This document shows positions 9,351 to 17,013 of a stretch of 44,588 nt of DNA, one piece after another. The stretch is from NCBI GenBank assembly GCA_964632215.1, contig CAZWBG010000001.1:1-44588 (forward strand). Reading direction: 5' to 3'. Source of the stretch: an uncultured Candidatus Saccharibacteria bacterium. GTDB taxonomy: Bacteria > Patescibacteriota > Saccharimonadia > Saccharimonadales > UBA7683. Below the pieces are notes generated by a model. The model ran no database searches. It was not told the origin of the DNA and saw nothing but the letters and a program-made list of their open reading frames with translations. A program made the translations under genes and the position numbers. Every line of letters starts with the position of its first letter. Position 1 is the stretch's first letter.

Positions 9351-10248
9351 TTCTTCTACAACAGGGGAGAGTGAGCGTGAACTATGCTATTGCCCTGTAC
9401 GCATGTTAAGTAGATTTAGTAGCTGTACATATTTTATGGGTGAGTAATAGGAGTGTTATCCCTACGAAAGAGACTTCTCTAGGCACTATACTCACCTTTA
9501 TGTTCGTATTTTGTTTACATTCTCTCGTATATAAAAAACTATATAAAAATATATAATTCTAAAAAAGCAAGTTATCTAACAATCGGAAGAGAGTAGAGGG
9601 GAGAGTGCTATTAAAATAATAAGACTATGAAAATGTCAAAAAGTAAAGTTTTCACAACGAACTGTGGAAAAGTCAAATATAATGCCATAGTGTAAATAAC
9701 CACATTCGAAGAGCACGTCAGGCTCAGGAGGAGCCGTCAACCTTATAGAGTATTGGCGGTAAAATAGAATATAAGTACAGTCCGAGTGCCCATTAAAGAG
9801 GATGAGATCCCCTTTTAGTGGAGTATACTTATAACAGAGGTTAATTTGTTAATATGTCGCAAAATATACATTGTGCGACATTAAGTTTATCACTCAAAGT
9901 TGTGTATATACTCATCCCTTCCATGCTTTTATGTCGTTCATTTCTTATGTATGCTACATAGTTTTCTGTGCTCACTTCTCTACCTGGATTTAAGTGGACT
10001 TTTTTGCTGGCTGGGCTGTATGTGTAGTTGCCTAGTCTGTCTATTGAGTTAACTACTACATCTTATATTTATTGTTCGTTTTTTGTTCGATTATGGTTCA
10101 CAATTATATAAAACTGTACTTTTGGGTAGTGTGGTGGCTGTTTCTGGTCATTTGTGTAATTACGTACGAAATTTAATAATTCGTATAGCACATACTCATA
10201 GTCTATGTTCGCTTTTTGTATGCTTATTCCCCTACACCAGGAAAGTGG

Positions 10249-12210
10249 TTACCAAATAAAAGCTCGATCACTCTTTGGAAGATAGAGTTCATCAGAAGAG
10301 GTCAAGCCGTAAGTAGTATAGAAGTCATCAATATTTTTGAGCATACCATTTACGCGGAACGTTTCGTGTGGATGAGGATCGGTCAGGGTAACCATTCGGG
10401 TCATTTCTGGTCGTGAAGCTCCACACTCTGTTGTAGCGTATCCAATGAAGAAAAGCTGCTGGTGGGTAAATGATCCTAAAACTGGCTGTGTAACGTCAGG
10501 TATATGAGTCTTGAGGGCTTCTAGGGCAATTTCTAGGCCACCTAGGTCAGCTATGGCCTCGCCTATCACGAGATCACCTTTCATCTTTAAGTCTGGTAGC
10601 ACTTGCCAAGCATCAGCTTGCTCTATGATCATCCGTGCTTTTTTGGTAAAGGCTATTCGTTCTTCGGTAGTTTGCCAATCTCGGACGTTACCTTCGGCAT
10701 CAAATTGACAGCCTTGGTCGTCGAATCCATGCGTTAGTTCATGGCCAATTACTGTACCGATACCCCCCATATTAACGGCTAGAGGTGCTTTTGGATCAAA
10801 GAAGGGTGCTTGCAGTATGGCGGCAGGAAAACAGATGACGAGTCGGTTGGGGTCGTGGTAGGCGTTAACTGTTTGTGGACTCATAAACCATTCATTACGA
10901 GATGTTGGTTTTAGTAATTTCTGAAGCTTAGATTGGCTTTCGAATATTAGGGTTGAGATAATGTTTTCAAGATACGAAGTACGGTCGATTGTGAGTTTGG
11001 AGAAATCGCGCCACTCATCGGGATACCCAATTAGTACTGACATATTGTGTAGTTTTTGCTGGGCATAGGTTTTGGTCGCGTCGCTCATCCAGTCTAGGCG
11101 GTTTATTCGTGCTGCGTAAGCCTCTCTAACCTCTTCTACTATGGCAAGCACCTGCTTTTTTGCCTCTGGCGAAAAGTGGTTTTTAGCATATAATTTTCCA
11201 ACGTTATCACCCATACAGGCATCTATGGTCGTGACGGCTCGTTTCCAGGTGGGTTGCATTTCTTGTTTGCCGCTTAAAATTTTACCAAAGAAATCGAACT
11301 GAATCTCAGCCGCTTCTTCGGAAATATAACCCAAATAGCAGGTTGCGAGGCGCCACTTCAGGTAGAGTTTCCACTCGTCGAGCGAACGGGTTTGGAGCTG
11401 TAAATTCACAAACTTCATAAATTCTGGTTGGTCAACAGTAAGTGAGCCCTGCATATCCCACCCCAGGGCTTTAGCGTAAACTGACCAATCAATCTGTTGA
11501 TACCGCTGGGTTAACTTACTAAGACTAGTAGGATTGTAGTTGCGATTAATATCTCGGAGCTCTACACTTGAGCGAGAGTGGTTAGCTAGGTCAAACTCCA
11601 GCGAGTAGACCGTACTCCAGAGTTGGTTAAAATCAGCCGCCAATTGGGGTAGGAAGCTGATAACCTTCTGACAGTATTTCTTATATGCGTTTCGAACATC
11701 AACCATCTTTTTAGTTTCTTCAAGATAGTAGTCACGGCTAGGTAGCGTCAGTCCGCCCTGCTGGAGGCGTAGAACATGTTGCTTGCTGTCTTTGTTGTCT
11801 ACATCTACGATTACTCGCCAAATGCTAGGGCCAATACCACCGCTTAGTGTACCGAGTAGGTGTGAGAGCTCCGTAAGATTTGTGATCTGGTCAATCTGGG
11901 TGAAGTACCTGTCAAGCACCTTAAGGTTCGCATCTTTCAGTTCTGTAAAATGAGTAGCCGTAAAGTAAAAATCACGAGCTTGTTGCTCTACACTACCCTC
12001 TGTCTGAGGCGTATCTTGCAGATCTTGATAGATAGTGTGCATATGACTGGTTACCTCTTCCCGAAGCACATTAAAAGAGCCCCAACGACTTTCGGTTTCA
12101 GGAACCGGGTTAGCTTCAAGCCATTTTTTATTAACGTAACTAAAAAAATCGTCTTGAGGACGAACGGTAGAATTTAGTCTGTCTTGTATGCGAAAGTTTT
12201 TTACCATCAC
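10249..12210 (-). CDS. M13 family zinc endopeptidase (PepO/neprilysin-like)
   Basis: PQDDFFSYVN, VNAY, HELTHGFD (HExxH), GEAIADLGG, DPHP. Confidence 0.95.
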   Translation of the reverse strand: MMVKNFRIQDRLNSTVRPQDDFFSYVNKKWLEANPVPETESRWGSFNVLREEVTSHMHTIYQDLQDTPQTEGSVEQQARDFYFTATHFTELKDANLKVLDRYFTQIDQITNLTELSHLLGTLSGGIGPSIWRVIVDVDNKDSKQHVLRLQQGGLTLPSRDYYLEETKKMVDVRNAYKKYCQKVISFLPQLAADFNQLWSTVYSLEFDLANHSRSSVELRDINRNYNPTSLSKLTQRYQQIDWSVYAKALGWDMQGSLTVDQPEFMKFVNLQLQTRSLDEWKLYLKWRLATCYLGYISEEAAEIQFDFFGKILSGKQEMQPTWKRAVTTIDACMGDNVGKLYAKNHFSPEAKKQVLAIVEEVREAYAARINRLDWMSDATKTYAQQKLHNMSVLIGYPDEWRDFSKLTIDRTSYLENIISTLIFESQSKLQKLLKPTSRNEWFMSPQTVNAYHDPNRLVICFPAAILQAPFFDPKAPLAVNMGGIGTVIGHELTHGFDDQGCQFDAEGNVRDWQTTEERIAFTKKARMIIEQADAWQVLPDLKMKGDLVIGEAIADLGGLEIALEALKTHIPDVTQPVLGSFTHQQLFFIGYATTECGASRPEMTRMVTLTDPHPHETFRVNGMLKNIDDFYTTYGLTSSDELYLPKSDRAFIW

Positions 12211-12249
12211 CCTACTCTACCCTATTTTGATAAAATTTTCTTGCTTAAC

Positions 12250-14772
12250 TCAGCGTAATGAAACGCTCGTGCTTGAATCTGATGAACCAGTACTCTCTGG
12301 CTTCTTCTTACCACCACGCGTGCCGCGACGGGTCTTCTTTTTAGCAGGTTCACCTGTAGCTGGATTGGTTGGGCGCGGCGTTTGAGGTGCTGTAGCTGGA
12401 GGCTGTGGGGGTAGCGAATTGGCAGCAATTGTGGCTGCAATCTGGGCTTGAGGTACCGAAAAATTCTGGCGTGAATGAGCTATGATTTCCTCCATGTGGC
12501 TACGTGGTGAGGACGGTATGACTAATGTTTTACCGGAGAATGCCTGAGTCTTTTCGCCATCAATAGCCATAGTAGCTAGGAAATGGCGATTATTCTGCTG
12601 CAAGATATCTTGGGACTCAAAATGTGGCTCAAAGTACTTTACGAGTGCACTGCCGTCTTCGGCACCTACTCGGAAGACCACCATACTTCCTACGTTTCCA
12701 AAGACCGCATCTTTCACTTCAGGTGGCATTTGTGAGATGTATTGGTTGGCTACAGTCAGGTTAAGACCGTACTTACGGGCTTCACTTAAGATTACGGCAA
12801 AACTATCAGTTGCAAAGTTCTGAAACTCATCAACGTAAAGATAGAATGGCCGACGCTGACTAAGATGGACGTTGGCGCGGCTCATAGCTGCTAGTTGAAT
12901 CTTGGTGACCATTAGGGCACCCATAATTGCTGCGTTGTCCTCACCCATCAGGCCACGGCTTAGGTTAACGATAAGAATCTTGCCTTCATCCATAATTTGC
13001 CGTACGTTAAACGTACTTTTTGGTTGGCCGATGATGTTTCGGACCATCGGGTTAGCTACGAAGGCACCAACTTTGTTTAGAATTGGAGCAACAGCTTCGG
13101 TGGCAAACTTCTCATTCCAGCTGGCAAACTCAATCGTCCAAAACTGCTTAACAACTATGTCCTGAATATTATCAACAATTTGGCGGCGGAATTTTACATC
13201 GGTGAGCATACGGGTGATATCAAGCATAGTGGTATCTGGTGTATCTAGTAGGGCCAAAATAGTGTAGCGCAAAATATACTCGAGACGTGGACCCCAACTG
13301 TCAAACATACGTTTAAGTACTCCCACTAGCTCTGAGCTGGTGTGGCCCTTCATATTCTGGTCTGCTACTTCCATGGGATTGAAGCCAATTGGGAATTCGG
13401 TATCTGCGGGGTTAAAGTAAACGACATCTTTAATACGATTTTCAGGTATAAAAGCCATAACATCCATAGCGTAATCACCGTGTGGATCAACAACTGCAAA
13501 GCCTTGATCGTGGAAGATATCTGAAAGAGTCAGAAGTGTGAGTAAACCAGATTTACCTGTTCCAGTTTGACCGATAATATACATGTGCCTACCACGGTCA
13601 CCACGTTTAATACCGAATTGAATGTTGCTACCGCGGAAGTTAGTAATACCAAATGGGCTAGTGCCTTCAATAAATTTACCACCCGTAACAGGTAGATTAG
13701 CTGGTGGTTCAGCCGTTTTGGCGTTGGCCCAAACGATATTAGGGGTTTCCACGGTCGTATGTGGTAAGTGGTATACACTCGCAAGCTCTTCAATATTGAA
13801 GACAAAGCCTTTATCTATGAAAAAGCGCGCTCGATATTCGGCTAGTTTAAGTGGATCAAAAGAAGCATTCTTTTGCTTAAAACCGTTCAGATTGGTGGTA
13901 TTAAACTGCTTGAAAGTACCAACCATGGCTTGCATTCGCAGACGAGCTGTTTGTTTATCGGTACCTAGATAGGCCATGCGTATCTTAACTCTGTAGCCGA
14001 GTTTACGACTCTTTTCTTCTATGGCCGTAATACGTGACCGGTCACGCTCACTTACTTCACTACTGCTACCACCAGTTGTGGCTTCGGGAGGTCGCCAAAG
14101 GGCCTCAAAAGCCTGTAGGAGCCAGTTTCCACCACCCTTGCCACCATGACCACCTTTGAGGCGAGACATGTAGCGTGTGCTCTTTTTGTGCCAATTGTCA
14201 TCGACTGGTCGAGCTAGTACCTGAATCCACATCTCTTCCCCTTCTCCCTCGAGTTTGGCTAGTGTGGCTGTAATTGCTGCCAGTGGATCAACCTCAAAAC
14301 TCGGGAAACTCTTAATAGGGAGAGCTTCGTTGTCACTTAGTGTTAACTCGGCAGTATGAATAACCGGCTGAAGATGCTCACGACTAGCATAATCTTCTTG
14401 AGCTACGTGAATCTGTACGGTTGGGTACTGTGCGTAAATCTGACCCTCTACAAAGTTTTGTAGGTGCTCAGGAATCCACACATAAAAGCGTATTTGGTTG
14501 CCAATTGAGGCAATTTCTAGACCGAGATGCTCCTGGGTGCCACCTTCGCGCAGACGTTCGCGCTTGGGTTGTAAAATACCATGTAAGCTGGCAAACATTT
14601 GTTCAGCAGCGAGCTCTTTTTTGTCGTTAGCTCGGGGGATTTCTAAAGTTAGAATAACGTGGCTATGTTCTTTAAGCACTTTTATTTTCTGCCGATTACG
14701 ATAAGTCAGAAAAGCGAGCCCAGCCACTACTGGAATCCATATCCACCACGCACTGAGAAGCGTTCCTAGCAT
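12250..14772 (-). CDS. VirD4/TraD-like (type IV coupling protein/HerA-like) ATPase with N-terminal membrane anchor
   Basis: Walker A GQTGTGKS, DPHGD, Walker B YVDEFQNF, EARKYGL.LTVANQ. Confidence 0.88.
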   Translation of the reverse strand: MLGTLLSAWWIWIPVVAGLAFLTYRNRQKIKVLKEHSHVILTLEIPRANDKKELAAEQMFASLHGILQPKRERLREGGTQEHLGLEIASIGNQIRFYVWIPEHLQNFVEGQIYAQYPTVQIHVAQEDYASREHLQPVIHTAELTLSDNEALPIKSFPSFEVDPLAAITATLAKLEGEGEEMWIQVLARPVDDNWHKKSTRYMSRLKGGHGGKGGGNWLLQAFEALWRPPEATTGGSSSEVSERDRSRITAIEEKSRKLGYRVKIRMAYLGTDKQTARLRMQAMVGTFKQFNTTNLNGFKQKNASFDPLKLAEYRARFFIDKGFVFNIEELASVYHLPHTTVETPNIVWANAKTAEPPANLPVTGGKFIEGTSPFGITNFRGSNIQFGIKRGDRGRHMYIIGQTGTGKSGLLTLLTLSDIFHDQGFAVVDPHGDYAMDVMAFIPENRIKDVVYFNPADTEFPIGFNPMEVADQNMKGHTSSELVGVLKRMFDSWGPRLEYILRYTILALLDTPDTTMLDITRMLTDVKFRRQIVDNIQDIVVKQFWTIEFASWNEKFATEAVAPILNKVGAFVANPMVRNIIGQPKSTFNVRQIMDEGKILIVNLSRGLMGEDNAAIMGALMVTKIQLAAMSRANVHLSQRRPFYLYVDEFQNFATDSFAVILSEARKYGLNLTVANQYISQMPPEVKDAVFGNVGSMVVFRVGAEDGSALVKYFEPHFESQDILQQNNRHFLATMAIDGEKTQAFSGKTLVIPSSPRSHMEEIIAHSRQNFSVPQAQIAATIAANSLPPQPPATAPQTPRPTNPATGEPAKKKTRRGTRGGKKKPESTGSSDSSTSVSLR

Positions 14773-14852
14773 AACCTTACTTTCAAGTAGTTAATCACAA
14801 GCGGTATTATATCATTTTAGAGGTCAACAAGAGAAACATTTACTCTCTTGAA

Positions 14853-15884
14853 TTACTCGGCTAGTTCGTAAGTAGCTTTGGCCACACGCTTGAACTGTGG
14901 CTTGCCCTGTAGGTTGAGCAAAATAGTTGTCTCACGTACCTGTCGGCTTTTGAGTACTTCACGGACAATATCGTCGCGGTGCATCGGCGCCTTAGACTTT
15001 TTAAGAATTTTGGCAATAATATCAGATACCGTACCTTTGCTGTAGCCCCACTCTGCAAGTGCGTAAATACCACGGCCGATGAGCACAAAGCGCTTGTCTT
15101 TAATAAGTTCGTTATGAATTGCCTGGGTGGTAACATCTTTTCGCTTGAAGTCAGATTCTTTGATCTTGCCAGCAATCTCTGAAAAGTGCATAGGTTTGCC
15201 ATTCTCTTGTAAAATTACATAGATTTTGTCACGGATGTTCTTTGGGTTCACCAAAGGCCACTTTACGTAACCCCATTGGTTCTTTAGGTGTGCAAGATGT
15301 TTGCTAAGGCTAGCCAAGGCCTTCACATGGTCGGGGTGCTCATAGCCGCTGAGCTGCTGGTAGAGTTCGGTAATAGTAACCGGTTGGCCGTGAGCTTTAA
15401 TGGCTTCTAAAATTGCATCAACTTGGCTTTTAACTTTTTTGTCGTCACCGTATTCTTTAATGCCAAGCGCGTGATAATAATCGTCATTCTCTTCAACAAC
15501 AGTGATTCCAGGTGCAAGAGTGCCTAGGAATGCCACATGGGCTTTGTCTCGTTCGTCACCAGACTTACTCATCTTTTTAGCAAGGTCGCTCACACGAGCA
15601 ACGCGGCCCATTTCTGAAAGCTGACGAACGAGTTCACGTTCAACTTGCTTAATATGTGGCAAATCGTCCTTCTCAGCTGCAAGCTTTAAGCGAATTAAAA
15701 TAGCTTTTTCAAGTTGTCGTACTCGTTCACGGGTAATGCCGAGCAACTCCCCTATTTGTTCGAGTGTTTCTTTGCGATCGTATAAACCAAATCGACGAGC
15801 AATAATCTCACGTTCACGATCACGTTCGATCGTTTCAACGATGTCCTTAGTTGCCTGTTTAATGTCGAGCTTGGTTTCATCCAT
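14853..15884 (-). CDS. Sigma70 region-4 HTH plus winged-HTH (HARE-HTH/RNAP delta-like) protein
   Basis: REREIIARRFGL..ETLEQIGELLGITRERVRQLE at the N-terminus. GKPMHFSEIA and HNELIKDKRFVLIGRGIYALAEW in the C-terminal half. Confidence 0.8.
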   Translation of the reverse strand: MDETKLDIKQATKDIVETIERDREREIIARRFGLYDRKETLEQIGELLGITRERVRQLEKAILIRLKLAAEKDDLPHIKQVERELVRQLSEMGRVARVSDLAKKMSKSGDERDKAHVAFLGTLAPGITVVEENDDYYHALGIKEYGDDKKVKSQVDAILEAIKAHGQPVTITELYQQLSGYEHPDHVKALASLSKHLAHLKNQWGYVKWPLVNPKNIRDKIYVILQENGKPMHFSEIAGKIKESDFKRKDVTTQAIHNELIKDKRFVLIGRGIYALAEWGYSKGTVSDIIAKILKKSKAPMHRDDIVREVLKSRQVRETTILLNLQGKPQFKRVAKATYELAE

Positions 15885-15931
15885 GGTTATATTCCTATTG
15901 AAGTTCTTTACAGTTATTGTAGATTATACCT

Positions 15932-15960
15932 ATTGTAATATATAAATTGTTTAAAGTCAA
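15932..15960 (-). promoter_or_regulatory. Sigma70 promoter for the HTH gene
   Basis: TTGACT-17-TACAAT on the minus strand, about 50 bp upstream of the start codon. Confidence 0.7.
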
Positions 15961-16090
15961 CATCAACTTCTTTATCAGATGTATGTAACTATTATAGCAC
16001 TAAGTAGACGACTTTAAAAATACCTTATTACCCTATATATCCAGATGTATATTAGTCAAGCTTATGGTATACCTTATAATTTCAACAAAT

Positions 16091-16138
16091 TAAAAAGCGC
16101 TCATGTGCAGCTCATCTTTCGATGGCGCGCAGAGCGCT
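16091..16138 (-). terminator. Intrinsic terminator closing the large RNA
   Basis: AGCGCTC (16096-16102) pairs with GAGCGCT (16132-16138), encloses CATC-GAAA-GATG on the minus strand and is followed by a U-run on the minus strand. Confidence 0.7.
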
Positions 16139-16961
16139 AGAGTGGTTGGGCTCAGGGAATTCCCTCATTTACCTCCGGGAGAGATTGGAGGTTTAGGGAA
16201 TTCCCTGAGCACCCTATGTACAGCGGAGCCGCGAAGCCATGCGTCTCGAACGCTATACAAGATGGTTGCCTCGGATCACTGGGCGGTTAGGCAAACAGTG
16301 ATCCGAGACTGACCGTTATAGGGGCGGAGGTCCCATAACGGCGTGTAGTGTCTCCAGTGGTAGTTGCCCATTCCCGATCCCCCGAGGGGAATAGTAGGCC
16401 ACTGGAGACGATATGGTGATAATAAATTATCACGCGATGTTGCGAGCTAAACTCGTATCCTCACTCGAGTGTCCCCTTGGGGACTTTCGTGCAAAAGCAC
16501 ACTCGAGATCTTAGGAGACAAGCAGGGGTATAACCCACTTTTTTATACTCAGGAATTCTATTCCAAGGCATAAATAGCTCGCTCAGAGACACTATAGTGA
16601 TGCAGAAATACCTGGGAGGGCGCAGTTCTGTGATCACGTTCGTATCTCAAGGTTTTGTGAGTAATATGACAAAATGGTACCGCGGTTGCGTGCATTCCAT
16701 GTTCATCATAGGGCAAACCAATACGGGCTGCAGGTTGTGGTCCGAAGGCCACTCCTTGTTGACTGAGAGATCACTGTCTCTCTAGTGTTGCCGTATTTCA
16801 CTCACGCAGGAGATGATCTGAGGTGAAATCAAGAAAAGAGTTCCGTCAATCCTTAGGTCACTTCAATATCTCCGTATTGTGTTGAGCCAAAGACTCGAAC
16901 CTAGATTCTTACAAAAAATCTACATTTGAGCCTTCGGCATTCCGCCAATTCTTAAGGTGCG
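16091..16961 (-). ncRNA. Candidate large (~870 nt) structured non-coding RNA of unidentified class
   Basis: Consensus promoter upstream and terminator downstream. No ORF over 70 aa. Perfect stems of 16, 12, 11, 9 and 7 bp. Several imperfect stems resolve as G-U pairs on the minus strand. Confidence 0.75.
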
Positions 16962-16967
16962 ATATGT

Positions 16968-16996
16968 ATTATACAGATAAGCAATACTTTTGTCAA
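16968..16996 (-). promoter_or_regulatory. Perfect-consensus sigma70 promoter
   Basis: TTGACA (16996-16991), 17-bp spacer, TATAAT (16973-16968). The next gene on this strand is more than 1 kb away and has its own promoter. Confidence 0.88.
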
Positions 16997-17013
16997 CGTA
17001 TGTTTGTGCGCTG

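Noticed and set aside
9773-9783. AAGTACAGTCC resembles a group I intron S element
   Set aside because: No complementary P7 partner or recognisable P3/P4/P6 core, and no interrupted host gene.
16675-16684. TGGTACCGCG resembles the T-box sequence
   Set aside because: It lies on the strand opposite the promoter, with no specifier stem, terminator or amino-acid gene downstream.
16880-16955. Functional tRNA gene
   Set aside because: No acceptor stem, no proper anticodon loop and no CCA. Reported only as a tRNA-like module.
16091-16961. RNase P RNA, tmRNA, or group I/II intron as identity of the large RNA
   Set aside because: No GAGGAAAGUCC/AACCCGGCUUA P4 pair, no tmRNA acceptor ends or CCA, no group II GUGYG start or domain V, and no paired P7. 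A covariance search is still needed to exclude divergent forms.
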